NCBI GenBank assembly: GCA_020137815.1
Contig: CM035356.1
Location: forward strand, 6,572,001-6,636,000
DNA: 64,000 bases
Source: Hormiphora californensis
Lineage: Eukaryota > Animalia > Ctenophora
Direction of reading: 5' to 3'
The notes below the pieces were generated by a model. The model saw only the letters and a program-made list of their open reading frames with translations, was not told the origin of the DNA and did no database searches. The position numbers and the translations under genes were made by a program. The first letter of the stretch is position 1. Every line of letters starts with the position of its first letter. Of this stretch, positions 1-11,351 are shown in pieces.

Positions 1-2721
1 AAAACTTTTCCTCCCCTTTACTGCTTGGCAGGTAAATCTTCGGATGCCACTTCTTGGACCCGAGGAACGGGTTTGAAACCCACAGAATGGTACTGCTCTC
101 CCTTCCAGGGACGACTCTAACAAGTGCAATGCCGCTAATGTGCACATAATCATGGACACGGTGGGCTATCTTGGCCTCCTGGATGGCTTTCTGGGTGAAA
201 GTTCCTGCAGGGAAATCATGGAGAAACCCGAATTGGTAGAGCATGGTCTCGATCTCTGTGATGTCGGCACAAGGGATGTCAATGTCAATGGGAGCCCGGA
301 AGGGAGCCACTTCGGGGGGCATTCGGTCCGGTTTTTGGCCCATTTCGGGGGAATCAAATGGTTTCAGGGGCACTTGGATCAGTTGGAACTTGGCTTTGTC
401 TGCCTTGCTCCTCCACCGGGATAAGTATGATCCTTCAATCAGTTGAGCGGTGGCCCTATCCCACTCAATAGTCATCCCAAAGGCGTGCTGGACCTTATAA
501 CAGGAATCAAAATTAACGATAAAAAACTCGTTCCTCTCAATTTCCTTCTCGACACTTTCAATTTCCAAGGGACACCCCAAAATGGGTTCAAAATCGGCAA
601 ATCTAGCCGGGGTATCCGGGGTGGCAACCTCAAACGGTTCCCTCAAATTCGCAACCGGTGATTCACTACCGCTCTTACTGGCAGTCCGGATATAGTAGAA
701 ATAGAATCCATCCACAAACAGTGGCGCTTGTCCCCCTTGTGTGTCTGCTAGTTCCACAATTATCCTCTGATCGAGGAGGGTCTGGCAGAATTTGATGGCG
801 TGGCTGTGGTCCATCATATCAACACGAGATCTCATCACAAACTCAACTAACCACGCTCCCAGGAACGTGTTGGGTGGTAACACTGGGTATTGGTTCTGCC
901 CTGTCACATGCTGCTTGCCTGTTTTTACAAACCTCATCCCATTCTCTACCGTCACCGTATCTCTAAATTCCTCAAGCTCATTCTTACTCTGGGATATCAG
1001 TTCAGTTGATTTGGTTTTGCTGAACAAACTCATGAACCGTTTGCCCTCCTTCTCCTGGTCACTTTTCACCTGTTCCTCTTCAGAGAACCGATGGGAGAAA
1101 GAGAATCGCTCTGTTTCCACTAGAGTGCCAGTCCGAGGTCTACTGAAATCATCGGGAAGGGGCGAGTTGGGGGCAGATTCCGTTTGAGATAGGCCCAGGG
1201 AGAGACGGTTAGTTGTCTCCCACACGTTTGTCTCGCTGTGTTTCAGGTTGTTGAGTGCAAACAGAATGTTGTAGAATGTATTAGCAATTTCACGATCTGT
1301 AAAGTCGGGGTTGGCCACATTATGATCGCTCTTTCGAAAGAACACATCAGGTCGAGGAACTAGAATGTAGCGTGATTGCCATGGTCTCAGGGTGGAATAA
1401 CTATCGTTTTCAAGATCTTGTGGCCGGTAATCATCGAAATTATCCTTATCCATTAGGGTGACAATCCAATTGTCGAACAAATTCCACTTTTCATCACGCA
1501 TCCAGTCGCGAGTTCGCCGTTCTGAGCGGCACTGAAGCAAGCCCCTTAAACCGTGATTCAGGGCCCCCAAAAAGGGGCTCAAACAATACTTGTAATGCAA
1601 CTTGGACATCTGCCCCTTTTTCTCCGGTTTACTGATTTTAACCTGGATTGGTCCGTGTATGGGGTCCGTTAGATCGATCTCATGATACATGTACCCCTGA
1701 CTAACTGTAACAGTGCTCTTCTTCTGGTGTCTCTTAAGGACCACCTGGAATCCCCTACTGAGTCTCTGCATGACAATCTCCCGTTTTATCATGTTCAAAT
1801 CCACCCGGCTGTTGGAGTTGAGGCCGATCAGGGTGTACGGGGTCTCCCGGCACTTGTCCCGCTGCCTTGGATCCGGGTAGTAGTCAGTTGTGCAGGGGAA
1901 ACAGGCAGGGGTGATGAGACTTTGCCAGTCCATTGTGTTATCTGATGTTGTATCTTGTTCTACTCTCAAACTCATGGACAAACCATGCCATGCACCGATG
2001 GAGGGAAAGACATGAGCCCACCTTCGTCTACTGTTTGTAGCTGGCCGAGGTAGCTCTGATGGTCTGAATGGGTTGGTCTCTGGTTGGGGATGGTTATGTG
2101 CAGCCCTCCTCCTACTGCCCCCACCCGGTCCGTGGTGTTCCAGACCCAGGGTTCCCCCGATCGAATTAGATTGTCCTGTTTCAATATCACTGGAAAGACT
2201 GTTCGGTGCCTCCTCACTAGGTCCATGATGATGGTGGTGGTGATCATCACCACACCCCGCAAAATTGTGGTGATAACTGGGTGCCACGGTGAATAAATTG
2301 TTATCATACACATCACACAGTTCAGCTAGTTTCCGCTGGGTGCATTCCTCGAGGTTGTCTGGGAAGTAGTCGGCTGCGTTGTGGAAGGGGATGATGGTGG
2401 GGGAGGGGTTGGAGGTGAGCCCGGAGATGGGGATGAATTTGTCAGTGTTCGGGTGTACTGAGTAGAAATGGACATTCATCCAGTGGGGTACCTGCAAATA
2501 TATAGTGTGTCACAATTACCTGGAGAGGATAGAGAGTGTAAAAATAGTGGGGGAGAGGATATAAAGGGGTAAATGTATCGGTCCGGTAAATCGAGGGTAG
2601 GGTAAATCGAGGTTACGGTAAATCGAGGTTCGACTGTATCAAAAAAGAGAAAGTCATATGATAGGATTTAAAAAATTTGATTTCTATTCGTTTCTAAACG
2701 AACCTGGAACTTGTCATACAT
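1..2721 (-). CDS. DEPDC5: Partial duplicate of the DEPDC5 3' region (large terminal exon, preceding intron, ~18 nt of the previous exon); runs off the left edge
   Basis: Aligns to 4633-7339 (offset ~4632) at roughly 95% identity by eye, with mostly synonymous differences. The frame is open through ...GPSEEAPNSLSSDIE..., and identity stops abruptly at 2721. Confidence 0.85.
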
Positions 2722-3060
2722 CGACAGAGAGAGAGGGAGTGAGAAATATATTTAAAGTGAGAAATATATTTAAAGTATCAGGCTGGTTTGTCAACATAAT
2801 TATGCATTGGCGGTACCACGCAGTAAAACGTTTTCAATATCATACATAGAGCCGGGATGCCGCGTCTGTTCCTGATCTATTCAACTGGTCTAGTTACATT
2901 GAATAGTGCTGCAGACCATAATACAGTGCCCACAAGCAGTAGAAGAAGTTCAAGCTAATCAATTAAAACTAACGTTAAACATTTAATATTAAATACTTCG
3001 CAAGTATAGTGGGAATTCAAGTTATAAACCAACCATATATTGCATCGAAATTGTACAAAC

Positions 3061-4259
3061 CTATCATTTGGTGATGCAATCGAGGTTCCCTTTTCTGCAT
3101 TTCTTCATCGCTAAAGTAACTTCCTTTTTCCAGTAACTCCTGTAACTTACAATACCTCCTGTTCCCTACCACTGGAGAGAGAGAAGAACACGTTACAGGG
3201 CGCAGTGAAATAGCAAGCCCCTCAGAATCCTTATAACTTCCTGTCGAGGGACAGAGCTGCTACCAAGTACACACTGTGTTTGGGATCAATTAGAAACGGC
3301 ATGTTAATGATGGGTTATTATTAGAATTATATCATCTGTAGCATATCACAGATCGTATAATTCTTCTAGAAACACTAAACCTTTTTTTGCCTAGTAGCTA
3401 GATCCCCTTTCGCGCAAACAACAACAAGACAAACCTCTCTTGTGGGGTGCTCCTCTTTTAATTCTCTTCCAGTTAAAATAGTATTCCGCTATAGGGGAGC
3501 CTTCATGAAATAATACCCTGTGCTTTGCCTGTGCAGAAATATTTTATCGTGAGTAATTTAAAACTATAACTTTAGGAGTGGTGAAATCATCAAAGAGCTT
3601 GGTATCACCAACCAACCAACCAACCAATCAACTGACTATCGCGAACGAAACAATCATACTTTAATATTTTAACAAGGTATAATTACATCAGTAAAGTTCT
3701 TGAATTGGAATAGAAACCTTGCAGGTCTCGTCGTCAAAAGTTCCTCAAGGTGCTTTATTTTATCTTCACGACTCGGATCTGGTTCATCTCTCTGTAGAGA
3801 ACTGGGTGATGATTTGGGTAATTGAAATTGGATTTGGGTTGAGCTTGCCTTATTGTTCGACCATCTCTCTCCGCGCCCCGGATGGTTTGATTGTAACTTA
3901 GAACATAAAATGGTATGGGAATAAGAGTTATTGGTACCCCGTTAATATTGTTGTTCATTCAATATTCGTGGGATGAACTACAGTTTGTATGTCACCAAGA
4001 CAACGATTTCTAATGGAATTGGTGGCGGTATATTACTGATCACTTTTCCCTCACCATAACTCCTCCCTGCATAAAACGTGAACTAATCTGGTCCAATCAC
4101 AGCGTTCGCCCTACCTGTTACCTGTGGGGTTCACGCCCATGGCAACCGCTCTAATCAAATCAAAACAAAGTCTGTTACCTGGGTTGAAATGATGGTTATG
4201 TCTTTATCTGCTATTATCCGTGCAAATAAGTTCTCTTTTAGGCTACACGCATCAGCCAT
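3061..4259 (-). CDS. CCDC97: CCDC97 (DUF2052)-like gene, 5' exons only
   Basis: Hand-translated exons: ~4180-4259 MADACSLKREL(I)ARIIADKDITIISTQ (requires removing one base near 4226); ~3682-3792 RDEPDPSREDKIKHLEELLTTRPARFLFQF; ~3061-3170 VGNRRYCKLQELLEKGSYFSDEEMQKREPRLHHQMIG, which matches the CCDC97 NRRY...G.YFS.E.M..R.P motif. Confidence 0.7.
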
Positions 4260-4525
4260 CTTGAGCTAGAGACATTATGATGAGATGTGTTTAGTTAGTA
4301 GGGTACTATAATGTCAAACGTAGAAAAACGAATTCTAAACCCACGAAAATCACAAAATTAAAAACATACAGACAAATAGCAATCGGCATATAATTACCAT
4401 GTGACACTCAAATTTGGTCTACCGAACCGTCATACTGACATAACGTTGTGAGACATTGAATTGTTCACAATTTCACAGTGTCAAGCGACTCAAGTGAGAC
4501 ATACAATGTCTCAAATGTCTCTAAC

Positions 4526-7500
4526 TTAGAAAACAGCAAGGGGATCCACAGTTGGATCAGCATCTTCAATCCCAAAATACATCTTCCTATGTTCCTTGAA
4601 TCTATGTAGCAGATCTTCAAACGAACTCTGACAAAACTTTTCCTCCCCTTTACTGCTTGGCAGGTAAATCTTCGGATGCCACTTCTTGGACCCCAGGAAC
4701 GGATTTGAAACCCACAGAATGGTACTGCTATCCTTCCCAGGGACGACTCTAACAAGTGCAATGCCGCTAATGTGCACATAGTCGTGGACACGGTGAGCTA
4801 TCTTGGCCTCCTGGATGGCTTTCTGGGTGAAAGTTCCTGCGGGGAAATCATGGAGAAACCCGAATTGGTAGAGCATGGTCTCGATCTCTGTGATGTCGGC
4901 ACAAGGGATGTCAATGTCAATGGGAGCCCGGAAGGGAGCCACTTCGGGGGGCATTCGGTCTGGTTTTTGGCCCATTTCGGGGGAATCAAATGGTTTCAGG
5001 GGTACTTGGATCAGTTGGAACTTAGCTTTGTCTGCCTTGCTCCTCCACCGGGATAAGTATGATCCTTCAATAAGTTGAGCGGTGGCTCTATCCCATTCAA
5101 TAGTCATTCCAAAGGCGTGCTGGACCTTATAACAGGAATCAAAATTAACGATAAAAAACTCGTTCCTCTCAATTTCCTTCTCGACACTTTCAATTTCCAA
5201 GGGACACCCCAAAATGGGTTCAAAATCGGCAAATCTAGCCGGGGTATCCGGGGTAGCAACTTCAAAGGGTTCCCTCAAATTTGCAACCGGTGATTCACTA
5301 CCGCTTTTACTGGCAGTCCGAATATAGTAGAAGTAAAATCCATCCACAAATAGTGGCGCTTGTCCCCCTTGTGTGTCTGCAAGTTCCACAATTATCCTCT
5401 GATCAAGGAGGGTCTGGCAGAATTTGATGGCGTGGCTGTGGTCCATCATATCAACACGAGACCTCATCACAAACTCAACTAACCACGCTCCCAGGAACGT
5501 GTTGGGTGGTAACACTGGGTACTGGTTCTGCCCTGTCACATGCTGCTTTCCTGTTTTTACAAACCGCATCCCATTTTCTACCGTCACCGTATCTCTAAAT
5601 TCCTCAAGCTCGTTCTTGCTCTGTGATATCAGTTCAGTCGATTTGGTTTTGCTGAACAAACTCATGAACCGTTTACCCTCTTTCTCCTGGTCACTTTTCA
5701 CCTGTTCATCTTCAGAGAACCGGTGGGAGAAAGAGAATCGCTCTGTTTCCACTAAAGTACCAGTCCTAGGTCTACTGAAATCATCGGGAAGGGGCGAGTT
5801 GGGGGCGGATTCCGTTTGCGATAGGCCCAGGGAGAGACGATTAGTCGTCTCCCACACGTTTGTCTCGCTGTGTTTCAGGTTGTTGAGTGCAAACAGAATG
5901 TTGTAGAATGTATTAGCAATTTCACGATCTGTAAAGTCGGGGTTCGCCACATTATGATCGCTCCTTCGAAAGAATACATCAGGTCGAGGAACGAGAATGT
6001 AGCGTGATTGCCATGGTCTCAGGGTGGAATAACTATCGTTTTCAAGATCTTGAGGCCGGTAATCGTCGAAGTTATCCTTATCCATTAGGGTGACAATCCA
6101 ATTGTCGAACAAATTCCACTTTTCATCACGCATCCAGTCGCGAGTTCGCCGTTCTGAGCGGCACTGAAGCAGGCCCCTTAAACCGTGATTGAGGGCCCCC
6201 AAAAAGGGGCTCAAACAATACTTGTAATGTAACTTGGACATCTGCCCCTTTTTCTCCGGTTTACTGATTTTAACCTGGATTGGTCCGTGTATGGGATCCG
6301 TTAGATCGATCTCATGGTACATGTACCCCTGACTAACCGTAACAGTGCTCTTCTTCTGGTGTCTCTTGAGGACCACCTGAAATCCCCTACTGAGTCTCTG
6401 CATGACAATCTCCCGTTTTATCATGTTCAGGTCCACCCGGCTGTTGGAGTTGAGACCGATCAGGGTGTACGGGGTCTCCCGACACTTGTCTCGCTGCCTT
6501 GGGTCGGGGTAGTAGTCAGTTGTGCAGGGGAAACAGGCAGGGGTGATTAGACTTTGCCAGTCCATTGTATTATCTGATGTTGTATCTTGTTCTACTCTCA
6601 AACTCATGGACAAACCATGCCATGCACCGATGGAGGGAAAGACATGAGCCCACCTCCGTCTACTGTTTGTAGCTGGCCGAGGTAGCTCCGATGGTCTGAA
6701 TGGGTTGGTCTCTGGTTGGGGATGGTTATGTGCTGCCCTTCTCCTACTGCTCCCACCCGGTCCGTGGTGTTCCAGACCCAGGGTTCCCCCGATCGAGTTA
6801 GATTGACCTGTTTCAATGTCACTGGAGAGACTGTTTCGGTGCTTCCTCACTAGGACCATGATGATGGTGGTGGTGATCATCACCACAGCCTGCAAAGTTG
6901 TGGTGATAACTGGGTGCCACGGTGAATAAATTGTTATCATACACATCACAGAGCTCAGCTAGTTTCCGCTGAGTGCATTCCTCGAGGTTATCAGGGAAGT
7001 AGTCAGCTGCGTTGTGGAAGGGGATGATGGTGGGGGAGGGGTTGGAGGTGAGCCCGGAGATGGGGATGAATTTGTCAGTGTTCGGGTGTACTGAGTAGAA
7101 GTGGACATTCATCCAGTGGGGTACCTGGAAATACAGTGTGTCACAATTAACATGGTACCTGGAGAGGATAGAGAGTGTAAAAATAGTGGGGGAGAGGACA
7201 AAGGGGTAAATGTATCGGTCCGGTAAATCTCGAGGGTAAGGTAAATAAAGGTTAGACTGTATCAAAAAAGAGAAAGTCTTATGATTTAAAAAATGTGATT
7301 TCTATTCGTTTCTATACGAACCTGGAACTTGTCATACATTCTCTCCTCCTTTTTCCTCTGAACATTGAACACGAACAGTGGAGTGGCATGAAGGGGTTTA
7401 CTACCCAGACAAATCACATCAGCACCAACACCCAAATCTTGGACTCTGTGTTTGGTGAGGGATGCCAGTTCTCTGTCCACGTAGAATACTCCTGAACCTG

Positions 7501-10500
7501 CTGTTACTACCACTATCTGCTGTCCAGTACGGTAGTGGACTCTATCCTGGTGGGGGTGAGGGGGTGAGAGGAGGGGGTGAGGGGAGGGGGTGAAGGGTGA
7601 ACCTGCTGTTACTACCACTATCTGCTGTCCGGTACGGTAGTGGACTCTGTCCTGGTGGGGGTGAGGGGGTGAGGACGTGAGGAGGGAGGGTGGGGTGAGG
7701 GGAGGGGTGCTGTTACTACCACTACCTGCTGTCCAGTACGGTAGTGGACTCTGTCCTAGGTGAGGGGGAGGGGGTGAGGGGAGGGGTGAGGGGAAGGGTG
7801 AGGGCGTGATCCTGGCTGGGGTGAGGGGAAGGGTGAGGAGAGGGTTAGGAGAGGGGTAAGGAGGGGTTTGAGGAGGGAGCCGGGAGGAGAATTTATTATA
7901 TCGGAGATGATTGATGATGTCATATCAAATCACGTGTCACAAGTGATGACATACATTGTAGTGGTTGTTGTACTGATCAAGGGCAAGGTTTATACACTCA
8001 AGGAAACTTCCCTCCGCACTCGTAGACACTTCCATATTGTGTGACTTGTTCAACTGATCCAGTATTATTCCCAGCTTGTTAAATCTAAAGTGAGGGGAAT
8101 AATATGTTGAATTCCTTATCATTTCTCAGGCAAATGTTAAGTTTTTTTTAAAGATTTGTCATATAATAGTTGCTGAAACCAAGTAAAACTTCAAAACTTA
8201 TACATGTCAGTACGTTTGTTCAATGTTCCACTCACCGTTTGCCTTTTCTCGACCCTGTCTCACCCCCTCCTGCCTGGCCCGATATATAGGAGGATTTCAG
8301 GAACCGACCGACACAAGTAAACAACCAATCAGAACTCGTTATTTAGGTCACATGACTGGTCATCAGCCAATCAGGGACCAGTATTTCCTGATTCGGTCGG
8401 TTCCTGGTTTGAACAACTCACCGTCTCTTCATAATGGTAATTATGGGTTTAACGTCTGTTATGTTTCCTCCGTCGCACACAACATCGTAAATATCCAAGA
8501 AGGGTCGATCATACTGATCTTTCTGTGGAGAGATGGGATGGAATCTATTGAGTGTTATTTAACTCTTTTCAACCTTCAAAGTTTTGGGATTTCAGGGCCG
8601 GGAACTATAGTCTTGTTATGAGGGGTTACCAAGATTGAACAGTATTATTCTGGTGCAATCATGGTACTTGTTACAGTCGGACCCCGATTTACCGGAACCT
8701 CGATTTACCGGGAGGGTAAACTTCCCCCGATATAGGAACCGGGCACCCCGATTTACCGGGCAAAGCGCTTTCCCCCGAGCATCCCGGTAAATCGGGGTCT
8801 GACTGTATATTGTTCTACTTCCCTTCACACAGGGGAAAGAGCTGGTCAAAGACGTATTACTTGATCTACCGAACCCTCGCATAACAGTGTTACATGACCT
8901 ACACAAAGTATACCTGTATCATGTGTTTGTACTCTTCCGGATAATTCCCCTCCTCACAAAAAAGTCGAGTAAAGAATATTATTTGAAGATCATGGTTTGC
9001 CTTTGTACTCTCCCACTTCTCAAACAGCGTCTTGACAAACTGATACACCACCTTTTCCCAGTTTTCCCAGTTTTCCACCCCTTCGTAGTCGTTCTCCCAC
9101 ATTTCTTTTCCAATCTGAGTGTGAGACTTCAGTTTAAAATACTATCTCGCCCTTTTAGTGAATGATTTTAAAACATTCACACTGGAAAATCTTAAAACAT
9201 TAAAACCTGAATGATTTTAAAACATGCACCTGGAAGAAGAGTTGAGTGTAGGATGATAGGGACCGGAATGTAAAGAGAGTATCCTCATCAATATATCCTG
9301 ATGTCACCATTACGTCACGTCGACCTGGCTGGTGACACGGATTATCCGTGCATGAAGTTGATGATGACGATGCTGGCAGCAGTTGGGTAGTTGAATCTGC
9401 TGTCTTGTACAGCGCTTTAACCTGAACAATAATTGTTGTGAGGAATGACTATCAGGACCCAGGAATCCAACATTCGGAAGTTCCCCCAGAAAGTTGCTGC
9501 CACGGTTATCCAGGTTTTGGAAAAAAAGAAAGAAAAGTGGTAGTTGTTACCAGGAACCGACCGAACCAAGTAAACAGCCAATCAGAACTCGTTATACAGG
9601 TCACGTGACTGGTTATCAGCCAATCAGGGACCAGTATTTCCTGATTCGGTCGATTCATGGTTGTTACCTGGACGGTTATACCGCTGAACACCATGTGCTT
9701 CTTGTGATGGGTGCACGTCCCCCAGAAGTTCCTTCGCAACCTCCACATGTCCCCTCTACTCACATACTGATCTGACACTGACACCTAGAGGTGGGAGGAT
9801 TAGGACTCCCCTCTACTCTCCCCTCTACTCTGACACTGATACCTATAACAGGTGGGGGTGTGATCTGACACTGACACCTAGAGGTGGGAGGGTTAGGACT
9901 CCGTCTTGGAGAGAGTAAGGAGGGGTGAGGGGACTGGGGAGGGGTGAAGCTGATAGAGATGATACTGATCTGTACCTAGAATAGAGGAGTGAGATGGAAT
10001 CCCAGCAATCCAAACATAATACAATTTGGGGAGCTGATTTGTCTAGAAACCAGCGGGCTGCCTTACGCAGAGTGTGAACAATACAAGAGCTCATCATGGA
10101 GACTGTATCATTTACAAATTAACGCTAATCACCTCAACATGGCGAAGTTTGCAGTCTTTAGGTTCAACAACTTCCACAGTCACCTCCTCGTTCGATCGGA
10201 AATCTGACAAGTTCGTGTTCACGCTTAATCCATAGCCCTTTAGACGGTGGTCCTCAGGCTCGAAGATCCCAGTTACCTACAATAACGAAGGAATGATTTG
10301 ATGAATGTAAAGCGAACTTTGAAATTTCAAGACAATAATAATTTCGTTGAGATAACAGGACCGTTCTCAGGATATACGGTTCATTTAATACCTTCACATA
10401 AACATAAAGTACAGGGTTGGGTTTACTCGTTATTTTTATCAATGTGTCCAAAGGTGCTGGAATCTTTTCAGGATTCAACAACACAGTATCTTGAACAGCC

Positions 10501-10653
10501 GCCTGAATAGAAAAACGGTTTTAGAATTTGTTTATCATGCTAGCTGTGGAGATCCCTTTAGCAACTCATTACTTACCGCCCTAAAATTAATGTCCCACTA
10601 TCTCTTTTACTCACCGAGCTTGCACAGTGAATTTTGCATTCCCATTTCTTCAT
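4526..10653 (-). CDS. DEPDC5: GATOR1 subunit DEPDC5/IML1, multi-exon; one frameshift at ~6835
   Basis: Approximate exons 10614-10653 (MKKWECKIH), 10392-10501, 10133-10203, 9668-9783 (DQYVSRGDMWRL), 9229-9325 (SGYIDEDTLFTFRSLS), 8914-9114, 8422-8518, 7955-8084 (GSFLECINLAL), 7322-7548 (RTGQQIVVVTAGSGVFYVD...PLHATPLF), 4526-7124 (PHWMN, NPFRPS, RRRWAHVFP, DWQSLITPACFP, QRLSRGFQ, DEP domain, YVHISG). Small exons may be missed. Confidence 0.9.
7497..7758 (-). repeat. Three tandem copies (~105 bp) of an intron end plus exon start of DEPDC5
   Basis: ctgttactaccacta.ctgctgtcc.gtacggtagtggactct.tcct occurs three times, separated by G-rich tracts. Confidence 0.85.
8298..8406 (+). mobile_element. ~109-bp MITE, family A (CAGGAACCGACCG termini), hAT-like
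   Basis: TIR caggaaccgaccga/tcggtcggttcctg; one of 7 copies in the window. Confidence 0.9.
8674..8805. mobile_element. TA-flanked MITE (CAGTCGGACCCCGATTTA termini), Tc1/pogo-like
   Basis: ta|cagtcggaccccgatttaccgg ... ccggtaaatcggggtctgactg|ta; related fragments near 2580-2638, 44960-45036 and 48237-48260. Confidence 0.85.
9551..9659 (+). mobile_element. MITE family A with 8-bp TSD
   Basis: Flanked on both sides by gttgttac. Confidence 0.9.
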
Positions 10654-10786
10654 TTCTTCTTCGTTTTTTGCAACTTTCTACATCTTTATGAAATCTATTG
10701 CTCCTAATGAAATGACTTTAGAATACATCTGGTCCACTTAGACAAAAGACGATTTCAACACGGCTCTGGTTGGATAAAACGACCAC

Positions 10787-10909
10787 TAAAGTCCGTTTCA
10801 AGCGACTTGACCCGTAATTCTTGGAATTTGGCGCATTGCGCGTGTATTTACAAAGGGGAAATCCTGAATTTCCAGGAATCTCAGGTCAAGTCGTTTGAAA
10901 CGCACTTTA
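10787..10909. mobile_element. MITE (TAAAGTSCGTTTCAA termini)
   Basis: Inverted termini; a second, inverted copy lies at 58790-58937. Confidence 0.8.
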
Positions 10910-10912
10910 AAG

Positions 10913-11058
10913 TCCATTTTTTTTCAACTGTTCACCCAAAAACTGAAATTTAATAAAAATTAGAATTTGGGTGGCGCGCGCTACACGTTAACATGTGATA
11001 AACGCGCAAAACAATTCCGCGCACGACTTTGGGGGGTGAACAGTTGAAAAAAAATGGA
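10913..11058. mobile_element. MITE (tccattttttttcaactgttcaccc termini)
   Basis: Inverted termini; a second copy lies at ~62375-62518. Confidence 0.75.
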
Positions 11059-11351
11059 GTATAAAGCTACGAAAAAATTTGGCAAACGTTGCGCGGGATA
11101 AGGCAGCGCTTTTCAACGAAAAAATCAAAAAAGTATGCAAAAAAACAAAGTTCTTGCCAAACAAATTTTTCAATTCAAGTTTTTATTTTACGAATACAAG
11201 CGCGCCGCATGAAATGCCTCGTTTCAATTTAAATTGTCGCGCGTTACAAACAAATACACCGTGGAATATCGTGAAAGGAAACAGCTTCCAAATTTTGAAC
11301 CTTTCGTTTTTTTTAAAAGTGTTGATTTTTTCTTCTTTCGTTGTACATTAT

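Noticed and set aside
140-2316. Short plus-strand and alternative-frame ORFs over the DEPDC5 copies (also 4772-6822)
   Set aside because: Antisense or out-of-frame shadows of the real CDS.
11311-11340. Target site resembling an antisense SL (ttttaaaagtgttga)
   Set aside because: A short AT-rich similarity, insufficient to claim SL-directed targeting.
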